Positions 22,991 to 31,485 of a DNA stretch of 64,000 nt are shown one piece after another; within the stretch, counting starts at the first letter, position 1, and every line of letters begins with the position of its first letter. The notes below the pieces were generated by a model. It saw only the letters and a program-made list of their open reading frames with translations, did no database searches and was not told the origin of the DNA. Made by a program: the position numbers and the translations under genes. The DNA is from an uncultured delta proteobacterium (GTDB taxonomy: Bacteria > Desulfobacterota > Binatia > JACPRU01): assembly GCA_963745025.1 (NCBI GenBank), contig CAVUWD010000010.1:64001-128000 (forward strand). The letters are read 5' to 3'.

Positions 22991-23203
22991 TTACGCGATG
23001 AGCCGGTGTTCGCGCGCAGACTCGCGCTGGATGACAAGCGTAGCAATGTCTCCCGGCTCTAACGGGGAACACGGGCTTTGCATCCACATGAACGGGATCA
23101 AAATCTTCCGGCCTCGGATGACGGCCAATGCGCCCAGATCGGTGACGGGTCGGATCTGTATTTTCTCGATCGGGACCACGTCGTCGAGATGGCTCTCATG
23201 CAT
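22991..23203 (-). CDS. small hypothetical protein (70 aa)
   Basis: ATG preceded by a G-rich RBS-like run; sequence MHESHLDDVVPIEKIQIRPVTDLGALAVIRGRKILIPF... looks beta-rich and non-random; no family recognised. Confidence 0.5.
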   Translation of the reverse strand: MHESHLDDVVPIEKIQIRPVTDLGALAVIRGRKILIPFMWMQSPCSPLEPGDIATLVIQRESAREHRLIA

Positions 23204-23469
23204 CGCGCCCCCCCTGGTCAAGGGTCCGCGAAGCGAGTTCCCGTGGACAGGCAGAAAGGCTTGTGAACGAGTGATCCCGCTGAACGGGCCGGTAAAAAGC
23301 CTATCGTACTCCCGTTATGTTGGAGTTGATAGCGTCACGTCACTTGGGCATCTTCCCGGACGCCCACATACGTAAGCAAAACTGAACCGCCGGTAGCGGC
23401 TCCGAGCGGGAAGCTTGTGTCGTTCGGTCAGCGAGCTCGCAAGTCATGATTGCGTTCGGGAGCAAAGGA

Positions 23470-23485
23470 TGGCACGGTAATGGCA
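23470..23485 (+). promoter_or_regulatory. candidate sigma54 (-24/-12) promoter upstream of the RNA motif and RRM gene
   Basis: TGGCACG-GTAA-TGGCA versus consensus TGGCACG-N4-TTGCW (one mismatch; GG/GC spacing correct). Confidence 0.5.
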
Positions 23486-23597
23486 CTAAGCCTGACTGTC
23501 CGGCGCGAGAAACCCTCCGGTTGTACCGGTTCACGCAAATCCTCCCGCTCGTCACTCTCAGGAAGTCTCGGCAACGACAGCAGGTGTCGGTTGCCGC
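23486..23597 (+). ncRNA. candidate structured cis-regulatory RNA motif, copy 1 (leader of the RRM gene)
   Basis: Shares CCTGACTGTCCGGCGCGAGAA, ACTCTCAGGAAGTCTCGGCAACG and CAGGTGTCG..TTGCCGC with 28426-28533; CCTGA/TCAGG stem plus a GGCAAC..GTTGCC hairpin. Confidence 0.6.
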
Positions 23598-23651
23598 TCG
23601 CCAACTTACCTGAGGCCCGCCGCCAAGGCGGGTTACGAGGAGATCAGCATC

Positions 23652-23942
23652 GTGGGAAAGAAACTCTACATCGGCAATCTCGGCTACGAAGTCACATCCA
23701 AGGATCTGGAGGCGCTGTTCGCCCAGGCTGGCGCTTGCCAATCCGCGACGGTCATCATGGACCGCGATAGCGGCCAGTCTCGGGGGTTCGGCTTCGTGGA
23801 AATGAGCTCCGACGCCGACGCTCAGAAGGCGATCCAGCAGTTCAACGGTCAGGATCTCAAAGGCCGCGCCCTCAAGGTGAACGAGGCGATCGATCGCGGA
23901 AACAATCGCGGTGGAGGCGGGTATTCCGGGAATCGCCGCTAG
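23652..23942 (+). CDS. RRM-domain RNA-binding protein (Gly-rich tail)
   Basis: RNP2 KLYIGNL, RNP1 SRGFGFVEM, GRALKVNEA; RBS GAGGAG, GTG start. Confidence 0.96.
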   Translation: MGKKLYIGNLGYEVTSKDLEALFAQAGACQSATVIMDRDSGQSRGFGFVEMSSDADAQKAIQQFNGQDLKGRALKVNEAIDRGNNRGGGGYSGNRR

Positions 23943-24011
23943 GGCGGGCTTGCCCTGTGAGGCGACTGCGATCGTCGCAGGGATGGTCGTCGCCAACGAA
24001 CGGAGGTAACC

Positions 24012-24152
24012 ATGGGCGACAAATCACCCAAGTCGAAACAGCGCAGCCAACGGCAGAAGAACGCCGCCAAAGCGCAAGGCGCGGCCACGGCGAAGTCCAA
24101 GCAAGACAGCCATAGCCACGCTCTTCCGATTTCGGCGCAGGGCAGGAGGTAG
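24012..24152 (+). CDS. small basic protein (46 aa, MGDKSPKSKQRSQRQK...), not in the ORF track
   Basis: GGAGG RBS just upstream of the ATG; open frame to TAG at 24150-24152; K/Q/A/S-rich. Confidence 0.7.
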   Translation: MGDKSPKSKQRSQRQKNAAKAQGAATAKSKQDSHSHALPISAQGRR

Positions 24153-24203
24153 CTCTCGGGATTCGATGCTGCCGCGGCGCCTCGGCCATGACGAGAGGCA
24201 GCG

Positions 24204-24473
24204 ATGAAGACCATCAGCAACAAGACCCAAAGACCCCTCAGTGTCCCATTGCCGCGCGGCAAGACCTTGCATCTCGGTCCCGGAAAGACCGGACAGATCG
24301 CCTCGAACGCCGCCGATCATCCGGAACTCAAGAAGCTAGTCGAAGCAGGCAAAATCGAGATCCTCGGCGAGGGTTCTGGATCCGCCGAGGGAGCCGGGAG
24401 CGACAAGGCGCGGGGAACCTGGATGCCCGGCCACGCTTCGGGCGGCCGTAGTCGCCGCAGCGGCGACCGCTAG
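24204..24473 (+). CDS. hypothetical protein (89 aa)
   Basis: RBS GAGAGG, GC3-rich codon usage, co-oriented with the RRM gene; MKTISNKTQRPLSVPLPRGKTLHLGPG... Confidence 0.7.
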   Translation: MKTISNKTQRPLSVPLPRGKTLHLGPGKTGQIASNAADHPELKKLVEAGKIEILGEGSGSAEGAGSDKARGTWMPGHASGGRSRRSGDR

Positions 24474-24729
24474 TTCCTACGGTTCTGGGGCCTCACTTTG
24501 CTCCGAACTGACACAGAAGGAGCTGCGCCTGCACCGGTGCGCGCGACTTCGTCGATTTTCTTCTCGATGGCCCGGTTGTGCTGAAGAGGCGCCGGCAGCG
24601 GTAGGCGGCGCTTCACCTGCTCGGCGACACGCGCCCAGGGGTCGCGCCCAAGGGTCGCTTGACGGGCGTGGGTGACCCCGGTCTAGTCTCTGGACCGAAG
24701 AGGCGCGGTTGCTCTCGCTCCGCGGAACG

Positions 24730-26049
24730 ATGATTCGATCCGAGCTCGCGATCATTTTGGGCCTGATCCTGCTGAACGGGCTCTTCGCCGGCGCGGAGAT
24801 CGCGCTGCTGACGCTCCGAAAGACGCGGCTTCAGCTGCTCCTCGAGCGGCGGTCGGCAGCGGCACGGGCGGTCGAAGCGCTGCGCAACGAGCCCGAGCGG
24901 TTTCTCGCCACGGTGCAGATCGGGATCACGGTCATCGGGGCCAGCACCGCCGCTTTCGGGGGCGCCTCGCTCGGCCGCGATCTCGGCGAGAGGCTCTCCA
25001 ACCTGCCCGTGATCGGCCCCTTCGGCCACGACATCGCGCTCGCCTGCGTAATCGTTCTGGTGTCCTATTTCTCACTCGTGCTCGGCGAGCTCGTCCCGAA
25101 GTCGATCGCTTTGCGCCATCCGGAGCGTTACGCGCTGATCGCGGGCCGTCCGATCCTCTGGATCTCTTTCGTCGCAAAGCCGCTCGTGTGGTTCTTGACG
25201 GGGAGCTCGAACCTCGTGCTGCGCCCGTTCGGCGACCAGACGTCGTTCGGCGAGTCGCGCCTTTCGCGCGAAGAGCTCCGGCAGCTCGTCGAGGAGGCGG
25301 CAAAGGCGGGAGCCCTCGACCCGCGGAGCGGTGAAATCGCTTCCCGTGCGTTGGAGTTCGGGCAGCTCGCGGCCCGCGACATCATGGTGCCGAGAAGCCA
25401 GATCGATGCGGTCGCGCGCAACGCCTCGCCGGAAGAGGTGAAGACGCTGCTGCTCGAGAGCGGACACTCGCGGATGCCGGTCTACGAGGCAACGCTCGAC
25501 AACATCGTCGGCTACATCAGCGCCAAGGACTTCCTCGCGCTTGCCTGGGAGAGGCAGCTGATCGTGCTGGAGGATCTGATTCGGCCGACCCATTTCGTTC
25601 CCGACAGCGTATCCGCTCCACAACTGCTGAAGGAGCTGCAAAGTCGCCATGCCTCGCTCGCCATCATCGTCAACGAGCACGGGGGAATCGTCGGGCTGGT
25701 GACGCTCGAGGACCTGATCGAGGAGCTCGTCGGCGAGATCTTCACCGAGCACGAGGTTCCCGAGGAGCTCGTGCGGCGCGAGCCCGACGGCAGCGCGCTC
25801 ATCCGCGGCAACGCCCGGATCCGGGAAGTGAACCGCGAGCTGTCGCTCGACCTGCCCGAGGGCGACAGCTCGACGATCGCGGGCCTCTGCACGGACATCG
25901 CGGGTCGGATCCCGCAGCGCGGCACGCGCCTCGAGGTCGCGGACGGCTGTTGGATCGAGGTCGTCGAGGCGTCGCCCCGCCTCGTTCGGCTCGTGCGCCT
26001 GATGCCGGGCCGTGACCGCACGGCGTCCCCCGAGAGCCCGGCGTCTTAG
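24730..26049 (+). CDS. HlyC/CorC (CNNM) family membrane protein with CBS pair and CorC domain
   Basis: NGLFAGAEIA, FLATVQIGIT, GELVPKSIA, GHSRMPVY, GLVTLEDLIEELVGEI. Confidence 0.94.
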   Translation: MIRSELAIILGLILLNGLFAGAEIALLTLRKTRLQLLLERRSAAARAVEALRNEPERFLATVQIGITVIGASTAAFGGASLGRDLGERLSNLPVIGPFGHDIALACVIVLVSYFSLVLGELVPKSIALRHPERYALIAGRPILWISFVAKPLVWFLTGSSNLVLRPFGDQTSFGESRLSREELRQLVEEAAKAGALDPRSGEIASRALEFGQLAARDIMVPRSQIDAVARNASPEEVKTLLLESGHSRMPVYEATLDNIVGYISAKDFLALAWERQLIVLEDLIRPTHFVPDSVSAPQLLKELQSRHASLAIIVNEHGGIVGLVTLEDLIEELVGEIFTEHEVPEELVRREPDGSALIRGNARIREVNRELSLDLPEGDSSTIAGLCTDIAGRIPQRGTRLEVADGCWIEVVEASPRLVRLVRLMPGRDRTASPESPAS

Positions 26050-26440
26050 AATCGGCCGGTCGTTCGACCGGCCGATTCGGTGAGCGCCGTCGACTCGCCC
26101 CCGATCCGGATTCCTTCACGCCGCGAGATCGCGTGGCGGATCCGGGGGCCCGCGGGGTTCGTCGAGTGTCTGTGGTCGACACCGCACGGCGGGTGGACAA
26201 GTAAGTCGTGGTCGCCAACGGAGAGGTCGGAGCCGTGCGACGCCGCTCGATCGCGAGTTTCGTCTCGTTGTTTTTCGCGCCCGCGGAAAGCCCGATCGAT
26301 CCCGCGGCAGGCGTCCGGGAGCATCGAAGTCGAATCCGACGCGCGCACGCTCATCGTCCTCGGCTGGATCGTCATCCTTCTCGTCGTCTTCGACCGTGGT
26401 AGCGTTGGCACCGCGCAAACGTGCCGGTGTAGAGTAGCCC

Positions 26441-27892
26441 ATGCCCCGGATCGCCGTACTCGGCCTCGACTCTGCTCCGCCGTCGTTCTTCTTCCACCGC
26501 TATCGGAAGGAGATGCCGAACCTGGAGCGACTGATGCGGACCGGCCTGGTCGCCCACCTGGAGTCGACGAACCCGCCGATCACCGTGCCCGCTTGGACCT
26601 CGATGATGTCGAGCAAGGATCCGGGGCAGCTCGGCTTCTACGGGTTCCGCAACCGCAAGGACCACTCTTACGACGGCTACCGGTTCGCCAACGGTTCGCT
26701 GATTCGCGAGCCTCTGGTGTGGGACATCCTCGGACGGCACGGCAAGCGCTCGATCCTGCTCGGCGTGCCGCAGACCTATCCGCCGCGTCCGATCGAGGGC
26801 GAGATGGTCACCTGCTTCCTCACGCCGTCGACCGAGAGTCAGTATACGTACCCCACCTCCCTCAAGGCGGAGGTCGAGCGGGTGACCGGCGGGTACGTCC
26901 TCGACGTTGACGATTTCCGCACGCCCGACAAGGGCGCGCTACTCGGCCGCATCTACGAAAAGACCCGCAAGCACTGGACCCTCGCCAAGCACATGCTCCG
27001 TACCCGGCCGTGGGACTTCTTCATGATCGTGGAGATGGGCGTCGATCGGATTCATCATGGGTTCTGGAGCTACTGCGATCCCGAGCATCACAAGTACGTT
27101 CCCGGCAATCCGTGGGAGCACGCGCTGCGCGACTACTACCGCTACCTCGACGGGGAAATCGGGGAGGTGTTGGAGCTGCTCGGAAAAGACACGATCGTCC
27201 TGGTGGTCTCCGACCACGGATCGAAGAAGATGGACGGGGGTATCTGTATCAACGAATGGCTGATCAACGGCGGCTATCTCAATCTGCTCGAGCGCCCGGC
27301 CGGGCCGACGCCGATCGGCAAGGCGAAGATCGACTGGAAGCACACCCGGGCCTGGGGCGACGGCGGCTATTACGGAAGGCTCTTCATGAACGTCCGTGGG
27401 CGTGAGCCCGAAGGGACGATCGACCCCGCGGACTACGAGCAGGTGAGACGCGAGATCGCAGCCGGAATCGAGGCGATCGCAGATCCGTCCGGACGCAACA
27501 TCGGGTCGAAGGCCTATCGGCCCGAGGACATCTATCGCGCGACCCGTGGTGTGCCGCCCGATCTGATCGTCTATTTCGGAGACCTCGACTGGCGCTCGGT
27601 CGGCTCGGTCGGCATGGGCTCGATCCACACGTTCGAGAACGACACAGGCCCGGACGAATCGAACCACGACTGGCACGGGATCTTCGTGATGAACGACCCG
27701 CGCCACCCCCGACCCGAGCCGGACTTGGACGATCTCCCGGTCTTCCGGATCTACGACGTGGCGCCGACCGTGTTGGCGGCCTTTGGGCTATCCGTGCCCG
27801 AAGACATGATCGGTCGCCCGCGTGTCGAGCCGCCCCGACCGCAGTCGCGCCCCGGCTTCTGGAAGCGGATCCTGCCGTTCGGTGATCCTTGA
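26441..27892 (+). CDS. alkaline phosphatase superfamily protein (type I phosphodiesterase / nucleotide pyrophosphatase-like)
   Basis: VLGLDSA, STNPPITVPAW (Thr nucleophile), DRIHHGFW, VVSDHG, NHDWHGIF, DVAPTVL. Confidence 0.9.
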   Translation: MPRIAVLGLDSAPPSFFFHRYRKEMPNLERLMRTGLVAHLESTNPPITVPAWTSMMSSKDPGQLGFYGFRNRKDHSYDGYRFANGSLIREPLVWDILGRHGKRSILLGVPQTYPPRPIEGEMVTCFLTPSTESQYTYPTSLKAEVERVTGGYVLDVDDFRTPDKGALLGRIYEKTRKHWTLAKHMLRTRPWDFFMIVEMGVDRIHHGFWSYCDPEHHKYVPGNPWEHALRDYYRYLDGEIGEVLELLGKDTIVLVVSDHGSKKMDGGICINEWLINGGYLNLLERPAGPTPIGKAKIDWKHTRAWGDGGYYGRLFMNVRGREPEGTIDPADYEQVRREIAAGIEAIADPSGRNIGSKAYRPEDIYRATRGVPPDLIVYFGDLDWRSVGSVGMGSIHTFENDTGPDESNHDWHGIFVMNDPRHPRPEPDLDDLPVFRIYDVAPTVLAAFGLSVPEDMIGRPRVEPPRPQSRPGFWKRILPFGDP

Positions 27893-27975
27893 TCTTTAGG
27901 GGCGTTGGAGAACAGCGGTTTTGAATCGCACCCGAACCGAGGCGCGGTGGACCCGCGGGCAGGCGGGCGTTCGAA

Positions 27976-28269
27976 TTACTTGGCGTGCTTGCTCTTCGCT
28001 GCGGCCTTTTCGGCTCGGCAGTCTTTGACGGTGACCGCGTCCACGGTCACGCCGGAGACCGTTTGGCCGTTGATGATCGGTTTCACGCAGTCATGGCCGA
28101 GTCGTTTGCCCTGTGTGTGCTCGCCCTTTACGAAGCCTGCGGCCTTGCAAGCGTCCTCGATTTTGCGGCACGCAGTGGCATCCCCACTCGCCGCGGTTGC
28201 GAGATCTACAACCGCAACTCCCACCAATCCGCTCAAACCGAAAGCAAGAGCAGCCAGTCTCGTTCTCAT
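27976..28269 (-). CDS. small secreted four-cysteine hypothetical protein
   Basis: Signal peptide MRTRLAALAFGLSGLVG..., four Cys, GGGAG RBS. Confidence 0.7.
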   Translation of the reverse strand: MRTRLAALAFGLSGLVGVAVVDLATAASGDATACRKIEDACKAAGFVKGEHTQGKRLGHDCVKPIINGQTVSGVTVDAVTVKDCRAEKAAAKSKHAK

Positions 28270-28295
28270 AGATCGTCTCCCTTGACTCAAAACAC

Positions 28296-28412
28296 ATGAC
28301 CGATGACATCGTCGCGATCCAGCAGTTGCTCTATCGGTATTGCACCGCCGTGGACAGGCATGTGCTCGCCACCACCCGTTCTACCAAGATTGCCCCCAAA
28401 CGTGATCAGTGA
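28296..28412 (+). pseudogene. truncated SnoaL/NTF2-like gene (N-terminus only)
   Basis: MTDDIVAIQQLLYRYCTAVDR is typical of the first helix of SnoaL_4-type proteins; the frame ends after 38 aa. Confidence 0.55.
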
Positions 28413-28425
28413 TAGACGTAGTTCG

Positions 28426-28533
28426 CTAATCCTGACTGTCCGGCGCGAGAACCACGCTCTGCGACTCCGGTAGTCACTTTCCCGCACCCTACTCTCAGGA
28501 AGTCTCGGCAACGGTAACAGGTGTCGTTGCCGC
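28426..28533 (+). ncRNA. candidate structured RNA motif, copy 2
   Basis: Same three conserved blocks as 23486-23597; hairpin CGGCAACGGTA-acagg-TGTCGTTGCCG keeps its pairing through G-U wobbles. Confidence 0.6.
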
Positions 28534-28708
28534 AAGGGCCTAGCCTGTAGGCGGTCGTTTCAGCGATCGCTGAAAGGGGGCGCCGTAGGCAGGATAGGCC
28601 TTCGGATGGAGAACCAGGCGGGGCGCTTTTCCCGTAGAAGCGCCACGTCGAGCGAGCAGTAGTTCTCACCATCCGGGAGTCGAGCCAGCTCGGAGCTCAG
28701 GAGATTCG

Positions 28709-29248
28709 ATGCCTTTTCCGCAGGGACCTGTTTCGAAGTTGCGAGCCACTCGAGCAGCACCCGCACAGGCGCGTCACGGTGGTCCTGTCTTCGGCGTCGG
28801 TATGCGCGCGTTCGTGAGCGACGCCGGGAGCCTCAAGGGGCTGGTGGCGCTGAACGATGCCAGCGGCAAGGTGGCTGTGGGTCATCTGGCCGACGGCGCC
28901 GAAGTGGAGATTCTCGCTTGGATACCGCGAAGGGCGGCGACCGTTTATTGCGTTCAGTCTACCGAGAACCATCTCGCAGGCTGGCTCGGGGTCGCGAATC
29001 TCCGAGCGGGCCCAGGCCCGGCGATCATCGGCAGCCCAATGCCGGCGCCGACGCCGCCGGCCTGGATCTCTCTCCTGGCGCCGAGCGCCAAACCGCCGCC
29101 GGCGCATCCGCGGAAAGCGCTCGGGGGGTCTCATTCGGAGGGTCTAACCGGCGCGCAGCGAAGAAGCGAGGAACCGTCGGATGCATTACACCCTGCTCGG
29201 GACGAGGATTCCGGCAAGAGGCCGTACGGAGGACGGGCACACTCATGA
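28709..29248 (+). CDS. hypothetical protein (possible SH3-like beta domain plus Pro-rich tail)
   Basis: RBS AGGAG; the pattern LADGAEVEILAW...YCVQ...GWLGVANL resembles SH3b folds. Confidence 0.6.
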   Translation: MPFPQGPVSKLRATRAAPAQARHGGPVFGVGMRAFVSDAGSLKGLVALNDASGKVAVGHLADGAEVEILAWIPRRAATVYCVQSTENHLAGWLGVANLRAGPGPAIIGSPMPAPTPPAWISLLAPSAKPPPAHPRKALGGSHSEGLTGAQRRSEEPSDALHPARDEDSGKRPYGGRAHS

Positions 29249-29367
29249 CCCCCTTTCTCTGGACGTTCTGGCGCCTTCGATTCTCCCGGCACGAACACTA
29301 CGCGATTCAGTACCACCGGCATCTCTTCTGGCGCTTCTGGTGGAGCGTTCCTCAGTGGCAATGGTAG
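29245..29367 (+). CDS. Trp/aromatic-rich 40-aa peptide (MTPFLWTFWRLRFSRHEHYAIQYHRHLFWRFWWSVPQWQW)
   Basis: ATGA start/stop overlap with the upstream ORF, GGAGG at 29228-29232, 7 Trp codons. Confidence 0.45.
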   Translation: MTPFLWTFWRLRFSRHEHYAIQYHRHLFWRFWWSVPQWQW

Positions 29368-29420
29368 CAATCGGAGACGGCTCGGCACGCTCATTGGCCG
29401 AGATTATTTTCGCTTCAAGG

Positions 29421-30389
29421 CTAGGGAACCAGCAGCAGCTTGCCGGTCGAGCGCCGCGATGCGAGGAAGCGCAGCGCGGCGGCTGCTTCGGCGAGCGGAA
29501 ATTTCCCGCCGATCGGGACGGTGAGCTTGCCCTCGCTCGCGAGGCGGAAGACGGCTTCGAGGCCGCGCCGGTGGATCTCGCGCATGCCGTAGACCATCGG
29601 CACGACGAACCCGCTCACCTTCAGCGATTTGCCGAAGAGGCGCATCGGATCGATGGGATCCGCAGCGCCGCCCGCGCTGCCGTAGACGACGAGATGCCCG
29701 AACGGCGCGAGGCAGCCGAGCCCCTTCGCGACGGTCGGCTTGCCGACGGCATCGAGGATGAGATCGACGCCGCGCCCATCCGTCAGCCGCAGCGCTTCCT
29801 CGGCGAAATCGCGCGACGCGTACTCGATCACGTGGTCCGCTCCGAAGCGTCGCACGAGCTCGACCTTGTCGCTGCTCGAGACCGTGCCGATCACCCGCGC
29901 CCCGGCTGCCTTGGCGATCTGAACGGCGGCGATGCCGACCCCGCCGGCCGCCGAATGCACGAGCACCCATTGTCCCGCAGCGGTGCGATGGCAGCTGTGC
30001 AGTAGATGCCACGCGGTAAGCACGGCGATCGGGAATGCCGCGCCCTGCTCGAACCCCATGTCGTCCGGCAGCGGGATCACGCGCGAGCGGCGGATGCGGG
30101 CGTACTCCGCGAACGCGCCCATACCGATGTAGGCGACGCGCATCCCGGGCTTCAGACCCACGACGTCCGTAGCGACAGCGTCGACGACGCCTGCGGCCTC
30201 CATTCCCGGAACGTCGGGGAACACCGGCTTCACGAGATATTCGCCGCGGATGAAGAAGAGGTCGCCGAAGTTGACCGCGATCACCTCGTTCCGAACGATC
30301 ACCGTCCCCGGATCTAGGTTCGGGCGGGGAACTTCGCGCAAATCGAGGACCTCGGGGCCGCCGAGTCTGTCGAACTGAATGGCTCTCAC
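29421..30389 (-). CDS. qor: NADPH:quinone oxidoreductase (MDR/zeta-crystallin family)
   Basis: GGPEVL, PGMEAAG, HSAAGGVG, GRGVDLILDAVG, STGKLLL. Confidence 0.9.
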   Translation of the reverse strand: MRAIQFDRLGGPEVLDLREVPRPNLDPGTVIVRNEVIAVNFGDLFFIRGEYLVKPVFPDVPGMEAAGVVDAVATDVVGLKPGMRVAYIGMGAFAEYARIRRSRVIPLPDDMGFEQGAAFPIAVLTAWHLLHSCHRTAAGQWVLVHSAAGGVGIAAVQIAKAAGARVIGTVSSSDKVELVRRFGADHVIEYASRDFAEEALRLTDGRGVDLILDAVGKPTVAKGLGCLAPFGHLVVYGSAGGAADPIDPMRLFGKSLKVSGFVVPMVYGMREIHRRGLEAVFRLASEGKLTVPIGGKFPLAEAAAALRFLASRRSTGKLLLVP

Positions 30390-30522
30390 ACGGCGCCCCG
30401 ATCCCGAACAACCTCGCGCGACGAGTAGCGCGCTTCGAGCAGGATCTCCTCGATCCGCTGAATTCCTTCGGTTCGTCTACTCGTCTCAATCGAGCCCGCG
30501 ACTGCGACCCTCCCTCAGATTC

Positions 30523-30861
30523 TCACCCGCGCTCGCCCGACAACAGCTCTTCCGCGCGCATGTCGAGCTCCGCCTTTGCCAGCAGGGCCTTGTCGAGCAA
30601 GAGCGTCTCCAATGCGGCGAGCCACTGCCGGTAGTAGATCGTGGCCGGGCTCGCGGACGGGTCGTTGGGAGGTGCGGCCACCGCCTCGATCAGGCGGTCG
30701 CGGAATTCGTCCCAGTGAAAGAGCCCCTTCTGGTGGAGCCCGACCACCATGCCGAAGGCACGGCTCTGCCAGGGCGCGTCGAACACGAGCTCGCCGTTCT
30801 TGCGGGGCACCGCGGCGGCGCCGCTCAAGTCCGGTGGTTGAACCGCGGCATCGGTCGACAT
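30523..30861 (-). CDS. nitrile hydratase accessory protein
   Basis: NGELVFDAPWQSRAFG, WDEFRDRLI, YYRQWLAALE; lies directly after nthA. Confidence 0.9.
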   Translation of the reverse strand: MSTDAAVQPPDLSGAAAVPRKNGELVFDAPWQSRAFGMVVGLHQKGLFHWDEFRDRLIEAVAAPPNDPSASPATIYYRQWLAALETLLLDKALLAKAELDMRAEELLSGERG

Positions 30862-30870
30862 CGGACGAAC

Positions 30871-31485
30871 CTACCGCGGCGCCTCGATGGTGCCCACGCC
30901 GATCATCGAGTCGCGCGTGACGAGGCTTGCGAGCTCCTCCTCGGTCATCCCCTCGGTGCCCTTCGGCCGCTGCGGCAATACGAGGTAGCGGATCTCCGAG
31001 CTCGAGTCCCAGACGCGAACCTCGACCGACGGATCGAGCACCACGCCGAACTCGGCGAGCACGGTGCGGGGCTCCTTCACCACGCGTGAGCGGTAGGGCA
31101 GGCTCTTGTACCAGGCCGGAGGCAGCCCGAGCACCGGCCACGGGTAGCAGGAGCAGAGCGTGCACACCACCACGTTATGAATCTTCGGCGTGTTCTCGAC
31201 GGCCACCATGTGCTCGCCCTGAAGCCCGCCGATGCCGAGCTCGCCGAGCGCCGCCGTCGCGTTCTCGAGGAGCCGCTTCTTGAAATCCGGGTCCGTCCAA
31301 GCGCGCGCCACGGCCTTCGCGCCGTTGAGCGGTCCGATGTCCTTCTCATAAGCCGCCGCGACCTGATCGATCGCGTCGGAGGAGACCAACCCCTTCTCGA
31401 TCAGCAGCGATTCGATGGCGCGGGCCCGCGCCTCGACTGGCGAAAGCGGCTCGGGGTGATGACCGCCGTCATGTTCTCCGCTCAT
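30871..31485 (-). CDS. nthA: cobalt-type nitrile hydratase alpha subunit
   Basis: Metal-binding motif VCTLCSCY (Thr/Tyr = Co-type) and PPAWYKS. Confidence 0.97.
   Translation of the reverse strand: MSGEHDGGHHPEPLSPVEARARAIESLLIEKGLVSSDAIDQVAAAYEKDIGPLNGAKAVARAWTDPDFKKRLLENATAALGELGIGGLQGEHMVAVENTPKIHNVVVCTLCSCYPWPVLGLPPAWYKSLPYRSRVVKEPRTVLAEFGVVLDPSVEVRVWDSSSEIRYLVLPQRPKGTEGMTEEELASLVTRDSMIGVGTIEAPR

Noticed and set aside
23551-23565. ACTCTCAGG as part of a glycine riboswitch
   Set aside because: The other glycine-aptamer elements (GGAGA, CCGAAG) are missing and the downstream genes are unrelated to glycine.
26049-26441. Possible small gene between the CorC and phosphodiesterase genes
   Set aside because: Several overlapping short ORFs, none with a convincing RBS or motif; one hydrophobic stretch (LIVLGWIVILLVVF) is not enough.
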